This document shows, one piece after another, positions 51,787 to 63,381 of a stretch of DNA of 64,000 bases; position 1 is the stretch's first letter, and each line of letters begins with the position of its first letter. Under the pieces are notes generated by a model. It made no database searches, was not told where the DNA came from, and saw only the letters and a list, made by a program, of their open reading frames with translations. The position numbers were made by a program, and so were the translations under genes. The DNA lies in NCBI GenBank assembly GCA_903928015.1, contig CAIYPF010000116.1, positions 27,084 through 91,083 of the forward strand, read 5' to 3'. The DNA comes from an uncultured Gammaproteobacteria bacterium. GTDB taxonomy: Bacteria > Pseudomonadota > Gammaproteobacteria > Pseudomonadales > UBA5518.

Positions 51787-52276
51787 GCGCGCGCAACTGC
51801 CGGATGACTTCGTCACGCTGCTTGAGCTCGTTCTTCTGCGCGCGATTGCCGGCACGCAGTGTTTTCAGTTCGCGGTCCTGGGCCGCCACGAGGCGCAGCA
51901 GCTCCAGATCGCCGAAAAACTCCTGCTCCAGACCATAGAGTTTCACCCGGCGGTCGAGCTCCTGCATCGCGAGCTCCGCGGCCTCGGCATCGTGGACCGC
52001 CGACGAGGGCATCAACCGCGCCATGGCGATCACGATCAGCGCGCGAACCTGCATCCGCGAATCGTCCGCTCGCGCCAGCACTTTTTCGTAGGCGAGCATC
52101 GCGCGCTCGTCGTCCCCGGCGCGAAGCGCCCACCAGCCGGCCCGGAGCAGCGAATCGAAATCCTCGGGCAGGGGCTCGGCGGCGGCCGCTTTGCCGTGCG
52201 TGGCGGGCGCGGCCGCGTGCGTGGGAACACCCACGCAGGCAAGGCACAGCAGAAGTATCAGGGGCGTCCGGCGCAT
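51767..52276 (-). CDS. Secreted or lipoprotein-like hypothetical protein (TPR-like region + C-terminal coiled coil)
   Basis: It has a signal sequence (MRRTPLILLLCLACVGVPTHAAAP) and a heptad-like C-terminus (ELKTLRAGNRAQKNELKQRDEVIRQLRAL). It lies 29 nt downstream of lysS. Its 3' end overlaps the convergent kinase gene by 20 nt. Confidence 0.5.
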   Translation of the reverse strand: MRRTPLILLLCLACVGVPTHAAAPATHGKAAAAEPLPEDFDSLLRAGWWALRAGDDERAMLAYEKVLARADDSRMQVRALIVIAMARLMPSSAVHDAEAAELAMQELDRRVKLYGLEQEFFGDLELLRLVAAQDRELKTLRAGNRAQKNELKQRDEVIRQLRALSVEQQ

Positions 52277-52305
52277 GGGTCCTTCCCTCCTGTCTTCCCC
52301 GTGAA

Positions 52306-53799
<1,494 letters not shown>

Positions 53800-53823
53800 G
53801 CGCGCGCCGCTCCTGGCGTGGTG

Positions 53824-54919
53824 TCAGAGGCCGGCCTTCAGCGAGGCCTCGATGAATCGGTCGAGGTCGCCATCCAGCACGCGCTGCGTATCGCTGGTCT
53901 CGACCCCGGTGCGAAGGTCCTTGATGCGCGACTGGTCGAGCACGTAGGACCGGATCTGGCTGCCCCAGCCGATGTCGGATTTGCTGTCTTCCAGCGCCTG
54001 CATCGCAGCGCTGCGCTTCTGCATCTCCTGTTCGTAGAGCTTGGCGCGCAGTTGCTTCATGGCGAAGTCGCGGTTCTGGTGCTGCGAGCGCTGCGACTGG
54101 CACTGCACCACGATGCCGCTCGGCATGTGCGTGATGCGGATGGCCGAATCGGTACGGTTCACGTGCTGTCCGCCGGCGCCGCTCGCGCGGTAGGTGTCGA
54201 CGCGCAGGTCGGCGGGGTTTATGTCGATCTGGATGGTGTCGTCCAGTTCGGGAGACACGAACACCGAGGCAAAGGACGTATGGCGCCGGTTGCCGCTGTC
54301 GAAGGGACTCTTGCGCACCAGACGATGCACGCCGGTCTCGGTGCGCAGCCAGCCGAAGGCGTTGTCGCCCCGGAAATGTATGGTCGCGCTCTTGATGCCC
54401 GCGACCTCGCCGGCGCTGCACTCGACCAGTTCGCAATCGAATCCGTGGGCTTCGCCCCAGCGCAGGTACATCCGCAGGAGCATCTCGCCCCAGTCCTGCG
54501 CCTCGGTGCCACCGGAGCCCGCCTGGACATCGAGGAATGCGTGGGCGCCGTCGTGCTCGCCGGAGAACATGCGCCGGAACTCGAGGTTCTCGACCTGCTT
54601 CTGCAAGCCGTTCACGTCGTTGCACAGGGACTCGAAGGCCGCCGTGTCGTCCTCCATCTCGATAAGTTCGAGCAGGTCGCCTGCGTCAGCGAGACCGCTG
54701 TCCAGGTTCTCGATGGTATTCACGACCAGTTCGAGGGCGGCTCGCTCGCGGCCGAGCTCCTGCGCCCGTTCGGGCTTGTCCCAGACGCTGGGCTCGCTCA
54801 GCTCCAGTTCGACTTCCGTCAGGCGGTCTTTCTTCGTGGCGTAGTCAAAGATACCCCCTGAGATCGGCGGTACGGGACCGCAGATCAGTCAGCTGGTTCT
54901 GGAGAGGGTTGGTTTCCAT
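53824..54919 (-). CDS. prfB: Peptide chain release factor 2 (requires a programmed +1 frameshift)
   Basis: Frame 0 runs 54919..54848 ([24 protein letters not shown]) and ends at an in-frame TGA (54847..54845). The +1 frame runs 54846..53824 and continues [19 protein letters not shown]...[19 protein letters not shown] (GGQ motif). The track shows only the 3' ORF, 53824..54723. Confidence 0.9.
54844..54859 (-). promoter_or_regulatory. RF2 autoregulatory +1 frameshift site
   Basis: The minus strand reads AGGGGGTATCTTTGAC: an SD-like AGGGGG, the slippery CTT, a TGA stop, then C. This matches the classical prfB site. Confidence 0.9.
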
Positions 54920-55000
54920 GCGGGAGGTGCTGGCCGATTCCGGGAGAAGGCCGCGAGTTTAACCGAGGGTCGGCCAAATTGCTGCCGCGGACCCCGTTGC

Positions 55001-56728
55001 TCAGTCCGCCCGTTCGATCTGGACTACCAGCAACTGCAGCGAACTCCTGCCACGGTACTCGTTCACGTCGAGCCTGTAGGCCAGACGCGCGCGCTGCACG
55101 GTCGTATCGGGCCAGAGCCCGGTGTCGGCGTTGAAGGCGATGCCCTCCAGACGCAGTGCAGGATCACTCTCCGGGGAAACGGCGAGACGCAGGTGCTTCT
55201 CGCCGACGATGCGCTGCTCCAGCAGGCGGAAAACGCCGTCGAACAGCGGCTCCGGGAAGTGCTGCCCCCAGGGCGCGGCCTCGCGCAGCAGCTGCGCGTT
55301 GGGGAGTGTGAACTCGGCGGGAGGCAGTTCTCCGTCGGTCTCCAGCACGCCCTGCAGGGCCGCGGGATCGAGCACGCGCCGCACTTCCTCGTCGAAGGCC
55401 TCGGCAAAGCGCGGATACTTCGCCTCGGCAAGCGTCAGGCCCGCCGCCATGGCATGGCCCCCGAAGCGACCGATGAGCTCCGGCTCGCGCGCATGGATCG
55501 AGGCGAGCACATCGCGCATGTGCAGGCCGCGAATGGAGCGCGCCGAGCCCTTCAACTCCCCCTCCGCGGACGGCGCGAAAGCGATCACGGGGCGATGCAG
55601 GCGCTCCTTCAGGCGCGAAGCCACAAGCCCGACCACACCCTGATGCCACTCGGGCCGGTAGAGGCAGAAGCCCCAGCGCGCGTCGGTGTCGGGGATCTCG
55701 CGGTCGAGCAATTCCACTGCATCGCGCTGCATGCCGTCCTCGATCTGACGGCGCTGGCGGTTGAGCGTGTCGAGTTCCGCGGCCATCGCCCGTGCCTTGA
55801 GCGGGTCATCCTCCATCAGGCACCGGATGCCGAGCGCCATGTCGACCAGCCTGCCGGCCGCGTTCAGCCGCGGCCCGGCATAGAAACCGAGATCGGCGCT
55901 GGTGACGCGTGCCGGCTCGCGGCCTGCGGCCTGCAACAAGGCCCGCACGCCGGGACGCCCGCGACCCTTGCGCAGTTGCAGCAGGCCCTGATGCACGAGG
56001 ATGCGATTGTTCGCATCCAGCGGAACCACATCGGCAACCGTGCCCAGCGCGACCAGGTCGAGCAGTTCAGCAAGCCGCGGCTCCGCAAGGCCGCGCGCAC
56101 TGAACCAGCCCCGCTGGCGCAACTCCGCACGCAGACCGCAGAGCAGATAGAACACAACGCCCACGCCAGCGAGATACTTGCTGGGAAAGGCGCAGCCTGG
56201 CTGATTGGGATTGAGGATGGCGCACGCCGCCGGGATCAGGTCCCCGGGAAGGTGGTGATCCGTGACCAGCACGTCCATGTCGAGGCGCCTCGCCTCGTCC
56301 ACGCCCTCGACGCTGCTGATGCCGTTGTCGACGGTGATGAGCAACGTGGGTCGCGGCTCGCGGGTGGCAGCGACGCGGACGATCTCGGGCGTGAGCCCGT
56401 AACCGAACTCGAAACGGTTGGGTACGAGGAAGTCAGCACCACCGAAGCCCAGCGCGCGCAGCCCGAGCAACAGCAGGGCCGTACTGGTGGCGCCGTCAGC
56501 ATCGTAGTCACCGATGACCAGTACTGACTCGTCGGCGGCCATGGCATCGGCGAGTCGCGAGGTCGCTTCTACGAGACCGAGAAGGCTCACGGGCGGGATC
56601 AGATCGCCGCTCTGGAGTTTCAGGCCTTCCGATGGATCCACGCCGCGTGCGGCGAGGAGCCTGGGCAGGAGGTCAAGAGAGGCCGCTGCAAGTGGCTGGG
56701 CCCGGCGCTGCAGTCGCTCAAGCGCCAC
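55001..56728 (-). CDS. recJ: Single-stranded-DNA-specific exonuclease RecJ
   Basis: The 575-aa ORF has DHH motifs (VIGDYDADGATS, VDNGISS, LVTDHH) and a DHHA1 domain (GGHAMAAG). Confidence 0.9.
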   Translation of the reverse strand: MALERLQRRAQPLAAASLDLLPRLLAARGVDPSEGLKLQSGDLIPPVSLLGLVEATSRLADAMAADESVLVIGDYDADGATSTALLLLGLRALGFGGADFLVPNRFEFGYGLTPEIVRVAATREPRPTLLITVDNGISSVEGVDEARRLDMDVLVTDHHLPGDLIPAACAILNPNQPGCAFPSKYLAGVGVVFYLLCGLRAELRQRGWFSARGLAEPRLAELLDLVALGTVADVVPLDANNRILVHQGLLQLRKGRGRPGVRALLQAAGREPARVTSADLGFYAGPRLNAAGRLVDMALGIRCLMEDDPLKARAMAAELDTLNRQRRQIEDGMQRDAVELLDREIPDTDARWGFCLYRPEWHQGVVGLVASRLKERLHRPVIAFAPSAEGELKGSARSIRGLHMRDVLASIHAREPELIGRFGGHAMAAGLTLAEAKYPRFAEAFDEEVRRVLDPAALQGVLETDGELPPAEFTLPNAQLLREAAPWGQHFPEPLFDGVFRLLEQRIVGEKHLRLAVSPESDPALRLEGIAFNADTGLWPDTTVQRARLAYRLDVNEYRGRSSLQLLVVQIERAD

Positions 56729-58126
56729 CTATGCCCTCACCCGCTCGCGCACGAAAGCCCCCAGGAGCGCGAGATCGCGCGGCAGGCGGGCGCAACGCTC
56801 GGGCCGCTGCATGAGGTCTGACATGTAGTGCGGGAGTTGCGGCTCGACCGCCAGACCAGCGCGCCGGATGGCATCGGGAAACTTGGCCGGATGCGCGGTG
56901 CCGAGCGTCACCAGCGGGGTTGCGGCGTCGCGGCGGCAATCGCGAGCGGCACGCACGCCGATCGCGGTGTGCGGGTCGAGCAGATAGCCCGACTCGGCAA
57001 AGACCGTGGCAATGGTCTCGCAGGTACGGGCATCGTCGACGACCGCGCTGGAAAACTCGGCACGCGCCCGCTCGAGCACGGAGGCCGGCACCTGCACCGA
57101 GCCATTGCGGAAACGCGACATCAGCGCTGCCATCGCGGCGGCATCGCCGTCGTGGAAATCGAAAAGCGCACGCTCGAAGTTGCTGGAGACAACGATGTCC
57201 ATGCTGGGGGCGAGCGTCTGCAGCAAGGCTCCGCGGGCATAGCCCTCGCCCTGCAGGAACCGGTGCAGGATGTCGTTTGCATTGGTGGCGATCACCAGTT
57301 GCGAGACGGGCAGCCCCATGCGCCGCGCGAGGTAACCCGCGTAGATGTCCCCGAAATTTCCCGTGGGCACCGAGAATCCGACCGCGCGCCGCGGCGCACC
57401 CAGGGCAAGGGCTGCAGCAACGTAGTAGACGATCTGGGCCATGATCCGGGCCCAGTTGATGGAATTGACTGCCACCAGCCGCAGGCCCGCAGGCAGGAAC
57501 GACTGGTCCGCGAAACTCGCCTTCACCAGCTCCTGGCAATCGTCGAAGTCACCGTCGAGCGCGATGTTGTGGATGTTCGGCCCGATCACCGTGGTCATCT
57601 GCCGTCTCTGCACCTCGGAGACGCGGCCGTGCGGATGCATGATGAAGATGTCGACACGCGAGGAGCGACGGCAGCCTTCGATGGCGGCCGAACCCGTGTC
57701 GCCAGAAGTGGCGCCGAGAATCACGGCACGCTCGCCGCGACGCTCCAGCGACAGTTCGAGCAGCCGCCCGAGCAACTGCAGCGCGAAATCCTTGAAAGCC
57801 AGCGTGGGCCCGTGGAAGAGTTCCAGCACCCATTCGTTCGGCCCGAGCTGCAGCAGTGGTGCAACCGCCGGGTGGCGGAAATCACGGTAGGTGTCGGCGC
57901 AGACCGCGCGGAGTTCATCCGGCTCGAGGAAACCCTTCACGAAAGGCTGCATGACTTCGGCGGCGAGATCCGCATAGCCGAGCCCGGCCCAACGCTCCAG
58001 GGTGGCCGCATCGAAGCGGGGCAACTCGCGCGGAAGGTACAGGCCGCCGTCAGGCGCGAGGCCGGTCAGCAGGACGTCTTCGAAACCGAGCGCAGGCGAG
58101 CCGCCGCGGGTGCTGATGTATTCCAC
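56729..58126 (-). CDS. thrC: Threonine synthase
   Basis: It has the MEYISTRGGSP N-terminus and the PTLAFKDFALQ PLP-lysine block, and is 465 aa. Confidence 0.9.
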   Translation of the reverse strand: MEYISTRGGSPALGFEDVLLTGLAPDGGLYLPRELPRFDAATLERWAGLGYADLAAEVMQPFVKGFLEPDELRAVCADTYRDFRHPAVAPLLQLGPNEWVLELFHGPTLAFKDFALQLLGRLLELSLERRGERAVILGATSGDTGSAAIEGCRRSSRVDIFIMHPHGRVSEVQRRQMTTVIGPNIHNIALDGDFDDCQELVKASFADQSFLPAGLRLVAVNSINWARIMAQIVYYVAAALALGAPRRAVGFSVPTGNFGDIYAGYLARRMGLPVSQLVIATNANDILHRFLQGEGYARGALLQTLAPSMDIVVSSNFERALFDFHDGDAAAMAALMSRFRNGSVQVPASVLERARAEFSSAVVDDARTCETIATVFAESGYLLDPHTAIGVRAARDCRRDAATPLVTLGTAHPAKFPDAIRRAGLAVEPQLPHYMSDLMQRPERCARLPRDLALLGAFVRERVRA

Positions 58127-58138
58127 GCGGATAAGCCC

Positions 58139-59467
58139 TCAGCCGTCGAGTTTTTCCATGCGGATCCGGCGCACCGGTCCGCGGGTTGCGTCCTGCGCCT
58201 CGATGGCGCGGATGGCGTCGATCATGCGCCGCTCTTCCGTGACGCTGGTGAGCAGGATCATGGTGGCGGTGTCCTGGTCTTCCGGAGCTTCCTTCTGGAT
58301 AAGGGCCTCGATGCTGATGCCCGCATCGCTCAGGATCTGGGCGATGCGCCAGAGTACGCCGGGCTGGTCGAGCACCGTGACGCGGAGGTAGTAACTGGTG
58401 CGCACCGACTCGATGGGCAGAACGGGCTCGGAGGAGAGACGGTCTGCCTGGAAGGCAAGGTGTGGCACGCGGTGCTCGGGATCGGCGGTGAGCGTGCGTG
58501 CGACGTCAACGATATCTGCCACCACGGCGGAGGCCGTGGGCTCGGAACCTGCGCCCGGCCCGTAGTACAGCGTGGGCCCCACGGCATCGCCGCGCACGAG
58601 AATGGCGTTCATCACGCCGTTCACGTTGGCGATGAGGCGATCATCGGGGATCAGGGTGGGATGCACGCGCAACTCGATGCCCGTCGGGGTGCGACGGCAG
58701 ATGCCGAGGTGTTTGATGCGGTAGCCGAGCTCCTCGGCGTAGGCGATGTCCTCGCTGGAGAGCCCGGAGATGCCTTCGCAATAAATGCGGTCGAACTGCA
58801 GCGGGATGCCGAAAGCCAGCGAGGCGAGGATCGCGAGCTTGTGCGCGGCATCGATGCCTTCGACGTCGAAGGTGGGATCGGCTTCGGCATAGCCGAGCGC
58901 CTGCGCCTCGGCAAGGGCCGCGGCAAAACTGCGACCGCGCTCGCGCATCTCGGAGAGGATGTAGTTGCCCGTACCGTTGATGATGCCGGCAACCCATTCG
59001 ATGTGGTTTGCGGCCAGGCCTTCGCGAATGGCCTTGATGATAGGGATACCGCCACCGACCGCGGCTTCGAACGCCACCGAGACCCCGCGAGCGCTCGCCG
59101 CCGCGAAAATCTCGTTGCCGTGCTGCGCTATCAGGGCCTTGTTGGCTGTGATGACGTGCTTGCCTGCCGCGATGGCCTCGAGCACCAGGCTTCTGGCGGT
59201 GTCGCAGCCGCCGATCAGCTCGACCACGATGTCGACATCGGGATCGCGCACCACCTCGAACAAATCACGGCTGACACGCGTGTCACCGGTGCTGCAACGC
59301 GGGTTGTCCCGGCGCGCACCGATGTGCGTGACGATGACGTCGCGCCCCACGCGGGCCGCGATGTCGGCGCGGTTGCGCTCCAGCACGCGGAACGTGCCGG
59401 AACCGACCGTACCGAAACCACAGATACCCACCCTTATCGGATCCAAGGCAGCTCCCCCGGGAGTCAT
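58139..59467 (-). CDS. hom: Homoserine dehydrogenase
   Basis: ORF 58139..59509 is trimmed to the ATG at 59467. It has IRVGICGFGTVGSG NAD binding and a C-terminal ACT domain. Confidence 0.9.
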   Translation of the reverse strand: MTPGGAALDPIRVGICGFGTVGSGTFRVLERNRADIAARVGRDVIVTHIGARRDNPRCSTGDTRVSRDLFEVVRDPDVDIVVELIGGCDTARSLVLEAIAAGKHVITANKALIAQHGNEIFAAASARGVSVAFEAAVGGGIPIIKAIREGLAANHIEWVAGIINGTGNYILSEMRERGRSFAAALAEAQALGYAEADPTFDVEGIDAAHKLAILASLAFGIPLQFDRIYCEGISGLSSEDIAYAEELGYRIKHLGICRRTPTGIELRVHPTLIPDDRLIANVNGVMNAILVRGDAVGPTLYYGPGAGSEPTASAVVADIVDVARTLTADPEHRVPHLAFQADRLSSEPVLPIESVRTSYYLRVTVLDQPGVLWRIAQILSDAGISIEALIQKEAPEDQDTATMILLTSVTEERRMIDAIRAIEAQDATRGPVRRIRMEKLDG

Positions 59468-59483
59468 GTGAGGCGCGCGATTT

Positions 59484-60230
59484 TCATTTGACACCGAGCA
59501 GGCGCGCAAGCTCGGCCGCGGGCTGGTAACCGGGTATCAGAGTGCCGTCTTCCAGCATCAGCGCCGGCGTGCCCGTGACGCCGAGTTGCTCGCCGAGCGC
59601 GTACTGCGCGGCGACAGGATTTCCGTCGCAGACGTTGTCGGGAATGTTCTCTCCGTTTTTCATGCGCGTGAGGGTCGCGCCCCGGTCGGCAGAGCACCAG
59701 GCGGTCGCGATCTTGCGAAACGAGGCGGAGCCGAGCCCGGCGCGCGGGAAGGCGAGGTAATGCACCGCTATGCCCATAGCGTTCAGCTGCGGGACTTCCT
59801 GATGGAATTTGCGGCAGAAACCGCAATCGACATCAGTGAAGACGGTGATGGTGGCCTTGGGGTTCGGTGGCGCAAAAACGATCATGTCGGCGGGATTCAG
59901 GCTCGCAATCGCCTGCCGGCGATCGGCATCGCGCTTCTGCTCGGCAAGGTTTACGAAACCTCCGGGACCAATGGCAAAGAGATCACCGGCAACAAAAAAG
60001 GCTCCGTCCGAGCTCACATACAGGGTTGGGCCGCCCTTGACGTTTACCTCATAGAAGCCGGGCATGGAGCTCTGGTGCGGCATCGAATACTCGAGATCCG
60101 CCCGTGCGGCCTTCAGTTTCGCGAGCAGCGCGACGGCGGCGGGGTCGTCGGCGGCAGCAACAGGCAGCGCTGCGGAGCAGCAGATCGATAGGAGCATCAA
60201 ACGGCAGAGCAGCATTGCGGGTGTTTTCAT
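59484..60230 (-). CDS. dsbC: Thiol:disulfide interchange protein DsbC
   Basis: It has a signal peptide, a dimerisation domain and the FTDVDCGFCRKFH active site. Confidence 0.85.
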   Translation of the reverse strand: MKTPAMLLCRLMLLSICCSAALPVAAADDPAAVALLAKLKAARADLEYSMPHQSSMPGFYEVNVKGGPTLYVSSDGAFFVAGDLFAIGPGGFVNLAEQKRDADRRQAIASLNPADMIVFAPPNPKATITVFTDVDCGFCRKFHQEVPQLNAMGIAVHYLAFPRAGLGSASFRKIATAWCSADRGATLTRMKNGENIPDNVCDGNPVAAQYALGEQLGVTGTPALMLEDGTLIPGYQPAAELARLLGVK

Positions 60231-60296
60231 GGCGTCTGTCTCTCTGGGTGGCGCGCAGCGCTGCGGCGATCGGGCGGATTATGCCTGTGCTTTGTG

Positions 60297-61199
60297 TCAT
60301 CCGCGCGGATGGTGTGCGGCGTGGAGTTGTTTGAGGCGCTCACGCGCCACATGCGTGTAGATCTGGGTCGTGGAGAGATCACTGTGCCCCAGGAGCATCT
60401 GCACCACTCGCAAATCGGCCCCGTGATTCAGCAGGTGCGTCGCGAAGGCGTGCCGCAAGGTGTGGGGCGAGAGCGGTTTGTGGATACCCGCCTCGAGCGC
60501 ATGGTGCTTGAGGCGATACCAGAAAGCCTGCCGTGTGAGCCCCGCCCCGTCGCGCCCGGGAAACAACGCTGCGCTGGCGCCGTCTGCCACGAGTTGCGGC
60601 CTGGCTTCACGCAGATAACGGCCCAGCCAGGTCATGGCCTCGTCCCCCATGGGGACCAGACGCTCACGTGAACCTTTGCCCATGACCCTGACCACGCCCT
60701 GGCCGAGGTTGATCGCGGCGATCTCGAGGTTCACGAGTTCGCTGACGCGGAGGCCGCAGGCGTAGAGGAGTTCGAGCATCGCCCTGTCGCGCAATCCCAG
60801 CGCAGTTGCGACGTCCGGCGCCTGCAGCAGGGCGTCAACGTCTTCCTCGGCCAGGCTTTTGGGCAGCGGGCGACCGAGTCGGGGGCTTTCGACCGTCAGG
60901 GTGGGATCGACGCTGATGCGACCAATCCGCAACTGGTAGCGGTAAAAGCTGCGCAGGCAGGAAAGAAGACGTGCCGCGCTTCGGCCGGAGCGGCCGGCTC
61001 GCAGACCATCAGCGAGGAAATCCAGAAGGCCCGGACGGTCGCAGGCCAGGGGATCAAGGCCTCTGCCGGCGCACCAGCGGGCGAAGGATTCGAGATCGCT
61101 GCGGTAGGCGGCGAGTGTGTTGGAGCTCAGGCCTTTCTCGAGCCAGGCGGCGTCGAGGAAAGACTCTATCTCTGCGCCTGCGGGGAGCACGGGCTTCAT
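60297..61199 (-). CDS. xerD: Site-specific tyrosine recombinase XerD
   Basis: ORF 60297..61241 is trimmed to the ATG at 61199. The product IESFLDAAWLEKGLSSNTLAAYRSDL aligns with the E. coli XerD N-terminus. The C-terminal catalytic block reads HTLRHAFATHLL...LLGHSDLSTTQIYTHV. Confidence 0.9.
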   Translation of the reverse strand: MKPVLPAGAEIESFLDAAWLEKGLSSNTLAAYRSDLESFARWCAGRGLDPLACDRPGLLDFLADGLRAGRSGRSAARLLSCLRSFYRYQLRIGRISVDPTLTVESPRLGRPLPKSLAEEDVDALLQAPDVATALGLRDRAMLELLYACGLRVSELVNLEIAAINLGQGVVRVMGKGSRERLVPMGDEAMTWLGRYLREARPQLVADGASAALFPGRDGAGLTRQAFWYRLKHHALEAGIHKPLSPHTLRHAFATHLLNHGADLRVVQMLLGHSDLSTTQIYTHVARERLKQLHAAHHPRG

Positions 61200-61200
61200 G

Positions 61201-61231
61201 GAAAAAGAAAAAGGTGGCTCGTGGCCACCCT
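61201..61231 (-). terminator. Rho-independent terminator downstream of rplS
   Basis: The minus strand reads AAAAGGGTGGC-CACGA-GCCACC followed by TTTTTCTTTTTC. The stem is 61224..61229 / 61213..61218 and the U-tract is 61212..61201. Confidence 0.8.
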
Positions 61232-61254
61232 TTTCTTCCACTCGGGAAGCGCTG

Positions 61255-61620
61255 TCAGTCAGCGGACTGCTTGGTCAGCTTTTCCTTGATGCGTGCTGCC
61301 TTGCCGCTCAGTTCACGGAGGTAGTACAGCTTGGCCTGACGGACATCGCCGCGACGCTTCACCTGAATGCTCGCAACGGTGGTGCTGTAGGTCTGGAACG
61401 TGCGCTCCACGCCCACACCGTGAGAGATCTTGCGCACCGTGAACGCGGAGTTCAGCCCGCGGTTGCGCTTGGCGATGACCACGCCCTCGAAGGCCTGGAG
61501 ACGCTCGCGCTCACCTTCGACCACGCGCACATCGACGACAATCGTGTCGCCCGGCGCGAAATCGGGCACGTTCTTTCCCATCTGCTCGGTTTCGAGCTGG
61601 GCAATGATACCGTTCTGCAT
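61255..61620 (-). CDS. rplS: 50S ribosomal protein L19
   Basis: An internal ATG at 61620 follows GAGGAGGAAGG. The product is [14 protein letters not shown]...[48 protein letters not shown]. Confidence 0.95.
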   Translation of the reverse strand: MQNGIIAQLETEQMGKNVPDFAPGDTIVVDVRVVEGERERLQAFEGVVIAKRNRGLNSAFTVRKISHGVGVERTFQTYSTTVASIQVKRRGDVRQAKLYYLRELSGKAARIKEKLTKQSAD

Positions 61621-61708
61621 GAGCCTTCCTCCTCGTTCCGCCCCGGAGGCCTGCATGCCGCCGGTGGCGTTGATCATTGTGAGGGCAACCGCGCCGCTCA
61701 CCCCATAG

Positions 61709-62395
61709 TCAATCTGCGCCTGACACCAAGTCCGGACGCCGTTCCTGCGTTCGCAGCCGCGACTGCTCCAGACGCCAGCGGCGGATCCGCTCGTGGTCTC
61801 CCGACAGCAGGACTTCCGGCACTGCACGACCCTCGAACACCTCGGGGCGCGTGTAGTGCGGACAGTCCAACAGGCCCTCGGAAAAGGAGTCCTGCGCTGC
61901 CGATTCGCCATGCCCAAGCGCACCGGGCAACAGGCGGATCACCGCATCCATCAACACCATGGCGGGCAATTCACCGCCACTCAACACGTAATCCCCGATC
62001 GAGAGCTCTTCATCGACAACGGACTCTATTACCCGTTCATCGACGCCCTCGTAACGCCCTGCCACCAGCACCAGTGGACCTCCAGCGGCGAGCGCCTCTG
62101 CGCGGGCCTGCGTCAGCCTCTCGCCCTGAGGCGAAAGGTAAACAACCCTCGCTCCGGGCCCGACAGAGGCCGATGCCTCGCGTATCGCTGCCACCAGCGG
62201 GGGTGCGGACATCACCATGCCCGGTCCACCACCATAAGGCCTGTCGTCCACCGAGCGGTGTCTGTCCTGCGCGAAGTCGCGCGGATTCCAGAACCCCACT
62301 TCAGCGAGGCCTTCCCTTATGGCCCGGCCTGTCACGCCGAAATCGATCAGCGCGTCGAACATCTCCGGGAAAATGGTCACCACCCCGAAACGCAA
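61709..62395 (-). CDS. trmD: tRNA (guanine37-N1)-methyltransferase
   Basis: It has the [14 protein letters not shown]-terminus and RYEGVDERV and [17 protein letters not shown] motifs. Confidence 0.9.
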   Translation of the reverse strand: MRFGVVTIFPEMFDALIDFGVTGRAIREGLAEVGFWNPRDFAQDRHRSVDDRPYGGGPGMVMSAPPLVAAIREASASVGPGARVVYLSPQGERLTQARAEALAAGGPLVLVAGRYEGVDERVIESVVDEELSIGDYVLSGGELPAMVLMDAVIRLLPGALGHGESAAQDSFSEGLLDCPHYTRPEVFEGRAVPEVLLSGDHERIRRWRLEQSRLRTQERRPDLVSGAD

Positions 62396-62416
62396 CGCGC
62401 TCTCCTCTTGCCGGCT

Positions 62417-62974
62417 TCAGAACGAGGGGTCCCAATCGACCCTTATCTCGCCGGCAGAAAGGTCGACTCCAAGAATGACCTTGCCATCTACCCATGGGAG
62501 CATCCGCTCCCGGCCATCGACACTGCCCTCGCAGGGCTGTATCACCAAAACATCGTTCGCGCCGGTCTCCAGGAGGTGCGACACCTCGCCTAACAAGACT
62601 TCGGCGCCAGCCGAAACCGCCACAACCCGCAGCCCTTCGAGCTGGTACCAGTAGTACTCACCCGCGGGAAGCGAAGGCAGCAAGGCCTCCGGTACTGCGA
62701 TATCTGCCTGAACAAAACGCCGGGCGATATCCCTGTCATCACAGCCGGCAATATGCGCCACCAAGCCCTTGCCCTGGCGCTGTCCGGCATCGACCTCGAA
62801 ATCCTGCCAACCTGAGCCCGGCACGTTGAGAGACCAGACCGCATGCTCAAGCAACCGGTCGATGGGATCAGTGAATGACCAGATCTTCAACCATCCCTTC
62901 ACACCGAACACACCGCTAACGCGGCCCAGAATGACTCTGTTCTCTTGTGCAGCCGGCTCGCGCACGGCAGCCAC
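62417..62974 (-). CDS. rimM: Ribosome maturation factor RimM
   Basis: It has GRVSGVFGVKGWLKI (RimM N-terminal beta-barrel) and a PRC-barrel C-terminus, and sits in the conserved rpsP-rimM-trmD-rplS order. Confidence 0.85.
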   Translation of the reverse strand: MAAVREPAAQENRVILGRVSGVFGVKGWLKIWSFTDPIDRLLEHAVWSLNVPGSGWQDFEVDAGQRQGKGLVAHIAGCDDRDIARRFVQADIAVPEALLPSLPAGEYYWYQLEGLRVVAVSAGAEVLLGEVSHLLETGANDVLVIQPCEGSVDGRERMLPWVDGKVILGVDLSAGEIRVDWDPSF

Positions 62975-62982
62975 CGGACTGT

Positions 62983-63240
62983 TCAGGCCGCGACGGGCGC
63001 CTTGCGGCTATCGCTGACCAGCTTGGCCACGCGGTCCGACAGTTGCGCACCGTGACCAACCCAGTAGTCAATACGGGAGAGATCAAGACGCAGACGCTCT
63101 TCCTTGCCGGAGGCGATCGGGTTGAAGAACCCGACACGCTCGATGAAACGGCCGTCGCGCGCGCTGCGGCTGTCGGTCACGGTGACCTGGTAGAACGGAC
63201 GCTTCTTCGCGCCAACACGGGAGAGTCTGATCGTCAGCAT
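62983..63240 (-). CDS. rpsP: 30S ribosomal protein S16
   Basis: The product [41 protein letters not shown] is 85 aa. Confidence 0.95.
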   Translation of the reverse strand: MLTIRLSRVGAKKRPFYQVTVTDSRSARDGRFIERVGFFNPIASGKEERLRLDLSRIDYWVGHGAQLSDRVAKLVSDSRKAPVAA

Positions 63241-63381
63241 GCCTGGAAGTCCTGAGGTTCAACGGCCCGGCTTGTATCCGGGTACATCCCGGCGCAGTCC
63301 TGCCGGACCTGCAAAGGGGCCGTAGTGTAAGGGAAAGCCCAAGGAGCCGAAACCCTCGGGCTCATAGTGCTTGTGGAATTT

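Noticed and set aside
56828-59491. 887-aa plus-strand ORF
   Set aside because: It is antisense to thrC and hom, and has no recognisable domains. It is the same high-GC shadow-ORF artefact.
60297-61199. Tyrosine recombinase as a marker of an integrated mobile element
   Set aside because: The N-terminus aligns with chromosomal XerD, and it sits in the conserved rplS-xerD-dsbC-hom context. There is no att-like repeat, tRNA target or cargo nearby.
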